From Eledone cirrhosa (taxonomy: Eukaryota): a stretch of 64,000 bases of DNA. The stretch lies in assembly GCA_964016885.1 (NCBI GenBank), contig OZ024753.1, forward strand, positions 186,001 to 250,000, written 5' to 3'. Positions within the stretch are counted from its first letter, which is position 1. Each line of letters opens with the position of its first letter. Positions 1 through 12,052 of the stretch are shown piece after piece. Position numbers and translations under genes: made by a program. The notes under the pieces are model-generated. The model did no database searches. It was given only the letters and a program-made list of their open reading frames with translations, and was not told the origin of the DNA.

Positions 1-44
1 TAAAGCAACACTTGGCTAGAACACTTTAATCGGGGTTATCATGG

Positions 45-160
45 ATAATAATAATAATAATAATAATTTCTTTATTGGCCACAAGGGCTGGCATCAAGAA
101 AAACATTACAGACGGCACAGGACGGTACGATGTGGGTTTTGTGCGTGTAAATATTTTTAT
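45..160 (-). mobile_element. 3' terminus of Tx1/L1-like LINE (short copy)
   Basis: Similar to 520-620 (aagaaaacatta...cacaggac.gtac..tg..ggttttgtg.gtgtaa) and ends in a (TAT)n tail on the minus strand. Confidence 0.45.
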
Positions 161-204
161 TATTTATATAAGAAAAGAAAAAAAAATATAATAATGATAA
201 TAAC

Positions 205-425
205 AACAGCAACAGACAGACAAGAAATTAGAACACAATAGGCTTGACCTGGTGGTTTTTGACAAGGAAAAAAGATTGTGGCTGATTGTAGATGTAGCCT
301 GCCCCTTTGACACAAGAATGCAAGAAAAAGAGAGACCAGTATTTAAAGAGGAAATTAAAAAGGATTTGAGACTGTCATGAAATCAAGGTCATCCTGATTG
401 TCATAGGAGCACTAGAACCATCCGA
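205..425 (+). mobile_element. R4/Dong-like restriction-like endonuclease relic
   Basis: Frameshifted EHNRLDLVVFDKEKRLWLIVDVACPFDTRMQEKE...EIKVILIVIGALE, matching the RPD-x-D-x-KE...VIPIVIGALG pattern. Confidence 0.65.
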
Positions 426-519
426 TACGTCCTGAATATTTGAGGCTGCAGGTGGCAGCTTGATGTTCATTTGAACAATCTTTCCAGTTAAATAACATCA
501 ATGACTGAAACTCCAAAAT

Positions 520-1095
520 AATAATAATGATTTTGTTATTAACCACACAATGCTCACATTAAGAAAACATTAAAGGTGACACAGGACAGTACAGTGCAGG
601 TTTTGTGTGTAAGAAGTTTATAACAAAAACTTAAAAAATAAACATTTGAAAAATCCAAAACTTCGAAGATCTCCAAAGGTAACTTGTGGAGAAAGCCCAC
701 AAAAATCCAAGGTCACTGACTGCTAAGGTAAGTGCTATCTCCCAGTTGTCCTCAAATTTACAGGTGCATGCCCGGAGCAGACCCATTCACTCAGGTCATG
801 CTTGCCACTCTCACCCAACTTTCAACAAACTGGTTGGAAGGCAGTACTTTCCTCTCCACTCTGATTTTTCTCTTCAAGTGAAACCTGAAACGGTTAATCA
901 GGGCTTTGCCAAAGAGGAAAATGTTTGTATTCAAACCTTTCAAATCCTACACAAAACAACCTCTTTTACCATGGCCACCACACAGATTAAATCAAGACTC
1001 TCCTTCCCTGCTACAGGAAGCCAGTGGGGTGATCTTCATGATGGACTCAGTTGATAGTTGGAGCTGTCCGAAATACAACAGCAGGTGTCCCACAT
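520..1095 (-). mobile_element. Tx1/L1-like LINE 3' fragment, decayed
   Basis: Minus-strand LICVVAMVKEVV...KGLNTNIFLFGKALINRFRFHLKRKIRVERKVLPSNQFVESWVRVA, followed by a 3' UTR and (TAT) tail. Confidence 0.55.
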
Positions 1096-1336
1096 AATAA
1101 TAGTAATACACTGATATCATACACTGTTTCAGTTTAACAATCAATCAACAATAGGTTTTGATTACAACCAACTATTTTAAATATTTTCTGCCAGCACCAA
1201 CACCAACTATGTAGCAAACAGCAACCTAGCCAACGTTATCTAAAACTATTCACTAATTCCAATTTTAACCATAGCAATCCATAGGAACCAATAAAAGAAC
1301 AGAATATTTCATATTATAAAAAAACACTTAAATGGT

Positions 1337-1544
1337 TTAACCCTTTAGAATTTACATTACTCTATATTTACTATTATATTTTCACAGTAAACGCTTTACC
1401 TCACATAATATTGAATCTATGAGAATTTGATGTTATTTATTTTGAAATCAATATCTTAACAGTGGCCAGTTATAGCCAGTTTGAACAGAATGAGGTGAGA
1501 GAATTCTGGCTGGAGGTGGCCGGTTTAAATGCTAAATGGTTTAA
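1337..1544 (+). mobile_element. piggyBac-type MITE
   Basis: TTAA|CCCTTTAG.ATTTA...TAAATGCTAAATGGT|TTAA; multicopy family. Confidence 0.75.
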
Positions 1545-1990
1545 GGTAAAAACATTCTGCTACTACATCTTTCATGAAGACAAATTGTCTTTATTTTTTA
1601 CAAATTATACTTTTAAAATGTTTATATAAATCATATTTATAAAAACGAGGATGGGATAGTTCTGCAAATTATGACAATTATAGATGAATAATAGATGAAT
1701 AATTGGAGTAAGTATTTTATCCAGTGAATTTGCTTCTTAGCAAGACTGATAACTATGAAGTGAGAGACGTACTTAGTGAGATTGTAGTAAATGACTGGCT
1801 TGAGCTTGAGGATGATAAGCACCAGCCTAACGAGCCTTAAATGGCTTAAGACAGACTAGACTAGTTGTGATATTGACAGCATTAAGTCTACAAAGTTTGA
1901 AAGCTAACAAATGTTTAGACAAATGTCAATTCTCATACATCTCTCGAAGAAAGGAAATGGTAAACAAGGGAACAAAATTAGAGATAATAA

Positions 1991-2502
1991 TTGGTTCTGA
2001 TTTAGGCACAAGGCCAACAATTTGAAGGGGAGAGGAAAGTTGATTAAATCAACCCCAGTGCTTTACTGGGACTTTATTTTATCGACCCTGTAAGGATGAA
2101 AGGCAAAGCTAAACTCGGCGGAATTGGAACTCAGAATGTAAAGGCCGTAACTCTATGCTGCAAAGCATGTCTATCGCTCTACTGATTACTGCCAATCCAC
2201 AAAAGATAATAATTAAAAGGGAGGGGGGGGGGGGTCTTCAAAAATGACATAGAAACTGTTTCAACAGAGCAAAATAGAAGACTGAAGATAGTGGTGATAA
2301 TTGCCTCTACTTTTGACAAGGCCAGCAATTATCCCAGTGTATTACTGGTACTTTATTTTATCAAGCCCCCACCCCTCCCTTTAAGGATGAATGGCAAAGT
2401 TAACCTCGGCTGGATTTGAACTTAGATCGTAAAGATCCCTAACTATGCTGTAAAGCATGGCGTCCGACCCTCTACCGATACAGCCATGCCAATCCACCAC
2501 CC
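1991..2502 (-). mobile_element. Two tRNA-derived SINEs (family A; Meta-domain-like core)
   Basis: Reverse complement of ggattggcagt...gagttcaaat (A/B boxes)...gcctttcatcctt...gataaaataaagtacc...ccttgtg; copies at 1991-2200 and 2298-2502. Confidence 0.8.
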
Positions 2503-3254
2503 TTATAGTGGTGATAATGGGGGATGAGGGAGTTTTACTGGTGAAGAGTAAGGAAATAAATACTGTAAGATCATGTTTAAAAATGGATAGAAGGAAAAGA
2601 ATAAATAAAATCATAAGAGTATGATATGCAAAATTTGAAAAGTTTTGGTGAAAGGTCAAATTACAAATAGAAAAAAAGAGGAAAAGTGAGACAGTGATAA
2701 AAAAGGCTTCCAACTTAATAGAAAAAACATTGTGGAAAGTGTAGGTGGAGATTAAATAAACAGCTAGCAGTAACAGACAGGCAACGTGTGTGTGTGAGTG
2801 TGTGTATGTATGTGTGTGTATGTATATATATATATGTATATATATATATAGGCAGGAGACATACACTGCCACTAGATGTGTTTATATATATTTTAATGAT
2901 TTTCTGTTCTACAGTTAAGCTTTTATCATTTTGAAATGGTAACAGCTAAACCTGAGGGCAGAAAATCCATATAATCTACATATTTTCTTTTCTTAGATAT
3001 ATAGTTCTAAGTTAAGTGAAGAAGATATTATAAAGATTTTCTACCCTCTGGTTAAACTTTTACCATTTCGAAATGATAGAAGCTTAAATGTAGTTTATAT
3101 ATATCATCATCATCGTTTAACGGTAGCATGGGTTAGACAGGTGTGTGTGTGTGTGTATTATAGATTGTATTGGAGTTTATCAATATATACCCTTGATGTT
3201 AATATCAGTACCCTTGGTCAATAATATATATATATATATATAATATTATTATTC

Positions 3255-3610
3255 CCTTTATGATCTGAGTTCAAATCCCGCCAAGGATAACTTTGCCTTT
3301 CTTCCTTACGGGGTAGATAAAATAAAGTACCAGTCACGCACTGGGGTTGATTTAATCGACTTTCCCCTCCCTCCCCAAATTGTCGGCCTTGTGCCTATAT
3401 AAGAAACCATTATTATTACGGTGAATTGGCAATATTGGTAGAGGGTCGGACGCCATGCTTTCCAGCATAGTTACGTCCCTTTACGGTCTGAGTTCAAATC
3501 CTGTCGAGGTTAACTTTGCCTTTCATCCTTACGGGGTCGATAAAATAAAGTACCAGTAATGCACTGGGTAATTGCTGGCCTTGTGCCAAAAGTAGAAACA
3601 ATTATTATTA
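3255..3610 (+). mobile_element. Two tandem family-A SINEs
   Basis: Same consensus, (ATT)n tails at about 3410 and 3602. Confidence 0.8.
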
Positions 3611-3624
3611 ATGGGAGTAAATAT

Positions 3625-5892
3625 ACTCATTTACAGGGCGTGTTCAAGATGTATATGACGAAAAAGAAGACGATTTAGAGACGTATGACATAGATAATAA
3701 CTGGAAGTTCTTACGTGACAACTTGCTGAAGGCTACTGATGAAACCTGTGGCTGGAGCAGAGCTCCAACCAGACAGAGAGTGACCTGGTGGTGGAACAGC
3801 AGTGTAGATAAGGCTATTAGAGACAAAAGACTAGCATGGAAGGCTTGGAATAAGGGTGGGAGTAGGGAAGAATATACAGCCACTAAGAGAGAAGCTAGAC
3901 GTCAGGTGTACTTAGCACGCAGGGAGGCAGAGAGTAGGAGGTTTGCCAATGTTCTGCGACGGGAAGATCAGAGGCGTGCGGTGTTCCACATTGCAAGGCA
4001 GTGTGTCAATGCAAATCAGGATGTTGTTGGTGATAAATGTGTCCGGGATGATGCCGGTGTACTTAGTGTCACGAATGACCAGAAAAAGGAGGCCTGGAAA
4101 TGTCATTATGAGAGACTGATGAATGTGGAGAACGAATGGGAGAGAGAGAAATTACCCTTGGTAGATCCGACAGAGGGACCAGCTATTGAGATTGACGAAT
4201 ATAGGGTCCAAGAGGCGATTAGGGAAATGAAAAATGGTAAGGCGGCCGGACCATCGGGAATAGTTGCTGAGATGCTGAAGGCATCAGGGGACGTAGGCAC
4301 TAAACTGGTTGCACGCCTAATCAATCAGGCTATATATGGTGGTGTCATACCCAAAGACTGGTGCAGCAGTATTCTCATAAATTGCTACAAAGGTAAAGGG
4401 GATGCTTTGGAGAGGAGCAATTATAGGGGTATAAAACTGATAGATCAGGTTATGAAAGTGGCAGAAAGGATTCTAGCACAACTAATTAGAGAAAGGGTCA
4501 AACTAGATGAGATGCAGTTTGGTTTTGTGCCTGGGAAGAGTACAACAGATGCCCTCTTCTTGGTGAGACAAATGCAAGAGAGGTTCTTAGAGAAGAATAA
4601 GCCACTATACTTAGCCTTTGTTGACCTAGAGAAGGCCTTTGATAGGGTACCCCGATCTGTCATCTGGTGGTCCCTAAGGAAGCTGGGTGTTGAGGAATGG
4701 CTTGTAAGGACAGTGCAAACTTTGTACAGAGGTACTCTCAGTAAAGTCAGGGTAGGAATGGAGTTTAGTGAGGAATTCCAGATACAAGTAGGAGTACATC
4801 AGGGTTCGGTCCTCAGCCCGCTCTTGTTCATTATAGTCCTCCAAGCCATAACAGAGGAGTTTAAGACTGGCTGTCCATGGGAACTTCTCTATGCTGACGA
4901 TCTGGCTCTTATGGCAGAATCAGTAGAGGAGCTAGAGAATAAATTCCGGCTATGGAAACAGCAGTTGGAAGCAAGAGGACTGAGAGTAAATCTAGCTAAG
5001 ACAAAAGTGTTGATGAGTAGAAAAGAGGACAAAACCCTGATTCCGTCAGGGAAATGGCCATGTTCGATATGCAGAAAAGGAACTGGCATAAATTCTATAA
5101 AATGCACACAATGTAGGTCCTGGGTACACAAGAGATGTAGCGGGATAGCAGGCAAACTAACAGGTAGGGAGAAATATGTATGCAGTAGATGTACAGGGAA
5201 ATTAGACAGTAGAAGTCGCACTGATAGACACATTTTTCAAATGCGAGAGGGCGCTATAGAAGTGGTGGATAGCTTCCGGTACCTAGGAGATCAGATTAGC
5301 ATGGGAGGAGGGTGTTCCGAGGCCATAGTATCTAGAATAAGGACGGGTTGGAAGAAGTTTAGGGAGCTGCTTCCTCTGTTGACGAAGAAGGGTTTCTCCC
5401 TGCGTACGAAAGGCCGGTTGTATGATGCCTGTGTGAGGAGCGCGATGCTGCATGGTAGTGAGACATGGGCAGCTACCGCAGAAGATATGCGACGGCTGGA
5501 GAGAAATGAGGCAAGCATGCTCCGTTGGATGTGCAGTGTAAATGTGCGTGAACGACCCAGCATAAATGTGTTGAGAGAGAAACTGTGTCTGAGAGGGATA
5601 GAATGTAGTGTACGGGAGAGGAGACTGAGGTGGTATGGACATGTGATGCGCATGGAGGATGACCGATGGGTGAAGAAGTGCCAGGAAATGCCAGTTGAAG
5701 GAAGACGTGGTAGAGGTAGACCACGAAAAACATGGGCGGAGGTGGTGAGAACAGACCTCAGATCATTGAAGCTCACGGTGGAGATGACGAGGGACCGTGA
5801 CGAGTGGAGAGATGCTGTGCTGAATAAGACCCGTCCCACCCTTGCAAGCAGGGAAAAGCGGACGTAAAATGATGATGATGATGATGATGATG
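3625..5892 (+). mobile_element. RTE-clade LINE, 5'-truncated, young
   Basis: Uninterrupted RT ORF, very short 3' UTR, (GAT)n tail; close relatives at 29221 and 51633. Confidence 0.93.
3723..5867 (+). CDS. RTE reverse transcriptase (APE endonuclease missing) with internal PHD-like finger
   Basis: QFGF, FVDLEKAFDRV, GVHQGSVLSPLLF, LLYADD, FRYLG, RLRWYGHV, GRGRPRKTW. The frame is open upstream to a stop at 3618-3620, so the listed TTG start is not a true start. Confidence 0.9.
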   Translation: MLKATDETCGWSRAPTRQRVTWWWNSSVDKAIRDKRLAWKAWNKGGSREEYTATKREARRQVYLARREAESRRFANVLRREDQRRAVFHIARQCVNANQDVVGDKCVRDDAGVLSVTNDQKKEAWKCHYERLMNVENEWEREKLPLVDPTEGPAIEIDEYRVQEAIREMKNGKAAGPSGIVAEMLKASGDVGTKLVARLINQAIYGGVIPKDWCSSILINCYKGKGDALERSNYRGIKLIDQVMKVAERILAQLIRERVKLDEMQFGFVPGKSTTDALFLVRQMQERFLEKNKPLYLAFVDLEKAFDRVPRSVIWWSLRKLGVEEWLVRTVQTLYRGTLSKVRVGMEFSEEFQIQVGVHQGSVLSPLLFIIVLQAITEEFKTGCPWELLYADDLALMAESVEELENKFRLWKQQLEARGLRVNLAKTKVLMSRKEDKTLIPSGKWPCSICRKGTGINSIKCTQCRSWVHKRCSGIAGKLTGREKYVCSRCTGKLDSRSRTDRHIFQMREGAIEVVDSFRYLGDQISMGGGCSEAIVSRIRTGWKKFRELLPLLTKKGFSLRTKGRLYDACVRSAMLHGSETWAATAEDMRRLERNEASMLRWMCSVNVRERPSINVLREKLCLRGIECSVRERRLRWYGHVMRMEDDRWVKKCQEMPVEGRRGRGRPRKTWAEVVRTDLRSLKLTVEMTRDRDEWRDAVLNKTRPTLASREKRT

Positions 5893-5986
5893 TTTTAGCT
5901 CAATGCAATGAGGATCATGCAGAGCTGTTATATATTCATAGTTTGTAGATAAACCAAAGTATTAATTCTTTGATTTATATACAAAC

Positions 5987-6030
<44 letters not shown>

Positions 6031-6046
6031 GTTACAACAGTGACAT

Positions 6047-6099
6047 AAACAGGTACTTAAGTTTCGTTGGGTTATACACCCCAACTCATTCAGTCTGTT
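6047..6099 (-). ncRNA. Minimal type I hammerhead ribozyme-like motif
   Basis: aacaga CTGAATGA gttggg gtgtataa cccaac GAAAC TTAA GTA cctgtt. Confidence 0.55.
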
Positions 6100-6349
6100 A
6101 AATATAGAGACACACAGAGGTAGACACATACATAAACTGCCACTAGCTGTGTCTCAACACTTACTTTGACTGTGTTATATGGCAAAAAGTTGAGAAATTG
6201 ACACATATAACAAATGTATCACATTTTCAAACATGTGACATATTCTGCAATGCTAACATATCTGAGTTACAGTAGCAAGGTTCCAAAATGTAATTCTTTA
6301 TATAAACCATTTTGATGCCAAACTGTCTGAAACTGCCCCTGCTTTTTAT

Positions 6350-6570
6350 TTTACTAGAAATTTTTTTTTCAACACGCTCACGCATGTGTGTGTGTGTGTG
6401 CATGCATATGCTTACATTTATAGGTATGAATATATAAATATAAACGCGCAAACAGACACACAAAAACACACACAGCATAGAAAATGGAATGCCAGCCGTT
6501 GTTTTGCTATAGTTTTTTCACCATCCACTTCCTTCCTTTTATACACACACACACACACACTGTGACAAAC
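6350..6570 (+). repeat. Unclassified interspersed repeat
   Basis: Similar to 52672-52885 (+) and 44625-44900 (-): actagaaattttttttc...aaatggaa..ccagc...tgttttgctatag. Confidence 0.6.
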
Positions 6571-6923
6571 GGGTGGAAGTCGCTCAAATTTATATATAGA
6601 TTTTAAAGTGTATATATTTATCTAAAAATTTACCATTGTAATTTTCTAGAAGAATCTTTATTATATTCCAAACATCATTTTAATAATGTCAAAGTTTGAT
6701 ATTTTACTAAATCCTTTCAAATCCTTGATTTGGCATTTTTTTATATTAAAAATATGGTGATCAAAAGGTTAAGTTGTGACAGGAGTTGTAACAGTTTTGA
6801 AAACAAATTCTTAATAATACTTTGAATAATATCTTTCACATAACATAGCTTCAGAAATTAATGCTACAACATTATACATGTGTTTGTGTATAGAAACTAA
6901 CAGATATACACACATTATATATA

Positions 6924-7316
6924 CGAGGGCAATCCCAAAAGTAAGGTCTCCTTCTGATATTGCAACTTTTCTGTTAAAATCCTGTGGATGGTGCTTCGGG
7001 AAACCTCAGGAACTAAAATGCAGAGAGCATCCAGAGTGATCTGCCGATCTTTACGCATGTTTTCCTCGGAAGGAGACCTTACTTTTGGGATTGCCCTCGT
7101 ATATAATAACTGCAGAAATTTGCACTTGGCGGTAGCGTTCAACGGGAGCTCCATTCTCAACAGCTGCCAAGCCAAGATTGAGCATCCCAGCGAAGCGCGC
7201 GCATGCTTGTTTGGGAGTGAAGGAAGCACCAATCACAACAGTGTTGCCAACAGTCGTACGAACAGTTTCTCTGCGTCCCCATCGCTCTGGAGACCTTACT
7301 TTTGGAATTACCCTCG
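6924..7316 (-). mobile_element. Mariner derivative with three TIRs
   Basis: TA|CGAGGGCAATCCCAAAAGTAAGGTCTCC at 6924; inverted copies ending at 7099 and 7316; remnants MELPLNATAKC and DRQITLDALCILVPEVSRSTIHRILTEKLQY. Confidence 0.75.
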
Positions 7317-7338
7317 TATATATATTTATATATATATA

Positions 7339-8193
7339 CAGGGTGCGGATGATATTTGTTCGCAAGATTACTGTCTAGGAAAAAATAACACAGTTTTATT
7401 TTTTAAGATATATTTATCAAACTTGGGTCAGTTTGTCTTCATGACTTGTTCTTTCGATCTCACTCGATAAACCCGCCATTGGCTTTGATGACGGCCTCGG
7501 AACTGGCCTTCGACTTAGGCCCCTAAAGGCACTTGTGATCCTGGCCTTCAGATCATCTTTCGTATTGCAGCTAGATCTGTTGGTGTCTTGTTCCACTGCG
7601 TCCCACAGAAAGAAGTCGAGGGGGTTGCAGTCAGGCGAGCTGGGAGGCCAGATGTCAGGTGAAGTGTGGTCGACAAAGTTCTGACAGCCAGGCTTGGGTC
7701 TTTCGGCTGGTATGGCAGGGGCGTTCAGTCTTGCTGCCACACGTACGGCCTACCTGCAGCTACCTGGTCGATCCAGGGCTTTACTACCTCGCTCAGAACA
7801 TGGATGTAGCCATCGGTGTTCAGCTTGAGGCCCTCAGGGAAGAAGTGAGGTGGCATGACGTCACCTTGACTGCTGACGACACCTAAGACCAATGTTGCCG
7901 CTGGAAACTTTGTCTGCATGACTCTGGGCACGTCTTTGGCTGAGACACCGAGCCACCTGTTGTTCTAGGAGTTTCTGAAATTTCCTTATTTGTTCTCCCG
8001 GCGCGGATTCCAAGAAGAACTCCGTGTCTCTTCCACAAATTTGGAGGTTCAAAATTATTCATAATCAATTATTCTGAAAATAAATAATGGAAATATAGTC
8101 ACTGTTTTTATGAAGACAAGTGACAACAGAAGTAACAAAAATTTGCATAAAATTGGCAGTTGAAAATTGCGAACAAATATCGTCCACACCCTG
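7339..8193 (-). mobile_element. maT/DD37D Tc1-mariner transposon, internally deleted
   Basis: TA|CAGGGTG.GGA.GATATTTGTTCGCAA TIRs; TKFPA.LVLGVVS, WQQD, WPPSSPDCNPLDF. Reconstructed spacing between 2nd and 3rd Asp is 37 residues. Confidence 0.85.
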
Positions 8194-8330
8194 TATATAT
8201 ATAGGTATGAGCTTATGGTTAGGAAGTTCACTTTAAAACTGTGTTGTTCTGAGTCTGATCTCATTGCATGGCACTGTGGGCAAGTGTCTTCTATTGTAGC
8301 CTGACATAAAGTTATTTAAACAACTCTTAC

Positions 8331-8767
8331 CTTAGCAAGCCTAGCTCTTTTAATCAAGTCATTCAACTTCCTCAGTGCTGCATTGCGAGGAAGACTTTGT
8401 AGATCCCAGAACAAATCCTTTTCTTCTAATTCAAAAAGTTTTCGATTCATATCAAACTGAAGAGGTTGGTCCCAAAATGAGCCAATGTAAACTCGTGCTA
8501 CCTCAGGAGTATTTAGAACTTTGCCTAAAGACCACATAAGGGCACCATATACCCGCATAAGCTGTTGATGGTCAACCATATCGGCTTTGTTGAGAACAAT
8601 ACGTATTTTATCATCATAACCTTTGATGGCTTCAATTGCACGCCGGAATTCGTCAGATATATCTAACTTGTGAGCATCAAACAGCAGTATAATACGATCA
8701 ACTCTTTCAGCAAACCATTCCAAAACTCCAGCAAAGTCATAACCACGATCAATGCGTTGTTTCTCAC
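8331..8767 (-). CDS. EHD1: EHD family, coding exon 2
   Basis: tttcag|GT GAG AAA CAA CGC ATT GAT completes the phase-1 Gly, then EKQRIDRGYDFAGVLEWFAERVDRIILLFDAHKLDISDEF...NKAD...KRARLAK|GTAAGA donor. No following exon recognised in 1-8330. Confidence 0.96.
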
Positions 8768-9081
8768 CTGAAATGATAATGTGAAAATAAAATAAAAAAT
8801 AATAATATAATAGTCAAGTGTTGTAAGAATATAAAATGTTTAGGAATATTTCAATTATTCTAAGAAAGGATTATTTAGAAATTCCCCACAAAAAGAAATT
8901 ACAGAAAAAAATAGATATTGACATAAAATAAAGGATTATCAAATACGCAATAACGTAAAATGAAATTATCAAAATGAAAAAAAAATGTCTCAGAATATCA
9001 CAGTAAAATTGTGATATTTGAATTACTTACAAAATTATAATTCAAAATAAAGAATTGCAAAAATTTAGAAATAATATTAAG

Positions 9082-9318
9082 AACTGAAGCATGGAACAAA
9101 CTACCTGCATCTGTTGTTAGCTGTCGGGACACTGCATCCTTCAAACTTCTCGAAATTCGCCAACACTACACCTGATATTCCTCCTCCACACACATGCATG
9201 TATGTCATACACTGTTCACTTTCTTGACATTTGTACATTAATCTATGTACTATACATGCACCTTTGATGAGTTGTAGTGCACCTGAGCACTGTACACAAT
9301 AATTTTCATTATTATTAC
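9082..9318 (+). mobile_element. CR1-like LINE 3' fragment
   Basis: EAWNKLPASVV plus the 3' end catgcacctttga.gagttgtagtgcacctgagcact shared with 62745-63545. Confidence 0.7.
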
Positions 9319-11107
9319 TTTTGAGTGGTTTTCTGCTAGCATGTGTAGTGTGCATATTGATATTATATACAAATATACATGCATGTAGATATGATATGTT
9401 AAATAAAATCGTAATTGACAATATGCACAGAAATTGAAAAGAGACTCTGTTACACTTTCTTCTGTAATCAGTAAAGTAATCCATGATACATTTAAAAAAG
9501 ATATTACATATAAACTGCATTACGGTGAAATGTAATGAAAACGAAAAAGGAGAAAATTAGCAACAGACTATATAACAATGAACATTTACATAAGCAATGT
9601 AATAAGTGTTATGGTATAACGGACACTAACCGGAAGTGTAGACATTTGAAAATTTTAAAAGAAGTGAATCTTAAAATAAGCAATCATTATATATAAGAAT
9701 ATTTATGTTTAATCAACAGCTACAAAATTTAGTACAAAAATTATGTAGTATTCATTCATTTATTCACAGTAATCTAACATTTTACTAACGGGATAAAAAA
9801 AATATATTCAGGATGCAGTCCTCTCTTTATCATATTATATTATGATTGTGGAAGATTTTCACTACCATATCTCTAATAAAAGACACTGTTTATGATTTTA
9901 AATTATTTTGAAAATAATTTTTTTTAAATAACCATGTTTTTTTCCCCTACAATATACAATTATCTTTTCAAAACTTGTCTCTCTGCCATGCTTTGAAATG
10001 ATTTTATCTAGTAACCTTTGAAACACCTTCTTTACGTATTCCACCACAGAGTTTATAGCTTTCATCAATGTTTTGGTTCTAGCTTGATAACATTTTTTAA
10101 GAATCAAGTGGTGCTGTTGTTAAGCCAGACAACTAATTAGGTCTAATTAAGTCTGCCATCCAAGTAGCCCACAAGGGGAATTGAATTCAAATCACAAAGA
10201 ACTAGAACAAATACTGCAAAGTAACACATTTGTCATTCTAATGACTTCGCTAATCCATTGCTCCTTATCTATGATCCCAGAAGGAATTGACCTTGGTGGG
10301 ATTTAGAGTTGGAGTACAATGATACAGGAATAAATACTGTCAGGCATTCTGTGACATGCTCTAACTCAATGCCAAATTTGATATGCTGGCCCTGACCCCC
10401 TGCCACACACACACAAATCTCTCAGCATTCACAGAAGATATAGCAGAGAAGAGACAAAATTAAATACTAGTTTCATTTTGAACTTTGAAACAGTACTATA
10501 TAGGACAGGAAGCATAAATTCTTTACATTCTTAGCACAATTGTAGATTGAAATGGGATCTGTTAACTAAATAGTTAGCTATAGTTTTAAAAAAAAAACAT
10601 ATTGATAAGACATTTTTGTCAAACTGTATGAGGATGGATGTCACAGACTAGTGTTTTCTCGAGTTTATTACAAAGATAGTTGTTCCTCAAGAAAATATCT
10701 CTTATCCACATACAGACCTTGTTACAAAGACATATTGTCAGAATATTTGGAAAACAGCACTTCAATAAATACAATAGCTTGTCTAGTTGTTTATTTCCCT
10801 GTTTTTTTAATAAATTTTACAAACATAATGGCTGAAAGTAGGGAAGTATCAAAGTCTGTCATGATGACAAGGTATCCATCATATTAATTAGGGACCAAAG
10901 TCTGTAATGATGACAAAATACCAGTCAAATCAAATGTCTGTTGTACAATAAATGTTTGATGCTAAAACAAGAATATTAATCAATGTTTCAGTCATAGTAC
11001 TATATTAATACTGTAATAACATTAGGAAATTCTTCACTAACTAATTAAAATACTGTGTACTTCATTAGAAATAAGATAGCGAAAGGGTTATTGATATATA
11101 TATTTGA

Positions 11108-11276
11108 TTAACCCTTTAGCATTTAAACCAGCCGTAACTGGCCACTCATACTGATGTTAAGGTATTCTCAAAATAAATAATATCAAAATCTCATAGATTC
11201 AATATTATGTGAGATAAAGACTTTACCACGAAAATACAATAGTAAATATAGAGTAATGTAAATGTTAAAGGGTTAA
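11108..11276 (-). mobile_element. piggyBac-type MITE
   Basis: TTAA|CCCTTTAGCATTTA...AAAGGG|TTAA. Confidence 0.75.
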
Positions 11277-12052
11277 AATGTGTGTATCTGGTTTAAAATA
11301 GATACAGCACATGTCATAAGAAGTGACTAAAAAAGTTATCATGAAGTCGAACATAGCCTTAAAAAGACCCCATGTGTATGAAGCTTATTTTACATAGTAT
11401 CATCAGGCCACACCCTGCCCCCTTGTTTTAGCAGGAAAAATGGTCTCAAAACACTGCCTGTGTTAATGTAATGATTAAAATACTTTTAATTAGCTGCACC
11501 AATCTCCCAATATGTGTGGCCTTGCACTAACTTAGAAACCTTTGTCTTTTTAGATTCTGAATTGAAATCCTATAGGATGTATGTCTTTCATCCTTCTGGG
11601 GTTGATAAAACAAAACCCAATTAAACGTTGTTGGAATCCACTGTTTTCTGCCTTCAAATTTCTGGTTATGTTCTTATATTAGATATCATCATCACCAATA
11701 ACAGCAATGTGCAGTGAAGTTTCTTATTTCTGGAGTTTCTATCCTAATTTCTATTTGTAAATGTTCTGCTCCGTGTTTTACACTAAAAGTGTCAATGAGA
11801 AAGACGTCATAAATCTCAAACATTATACCAAAGTAAAAATATCATCATTATATTATTGATATATAAATACTGCACTTAGGTTTAGTGTCTGGCCTTTATT
11901 CTATTTATAATGGCTATTTTTTTAATTCTTTGTTTTTATTGGCTCAGTTCAAGTTTGAAACCAATGAATACGTTCAGCACAAAAGGTAACAAAAAGGAGA
12001 CCTAAAACTCACAGATCTATAACAAAACAATATGCCCATCAATTTTATAACC

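Noticed and set aside
5283-5839. Antisense ORFs over the RTE copies (also 29265-29821 and 51516-52110)
   Set aside because: Shadow frames of the RT coding sequence
1-8330. EHD exon 3 (VHAYII... and EH domain)
   Set aside because: No matching minus-strand coding segment found; presumed to lie beyond the left edge
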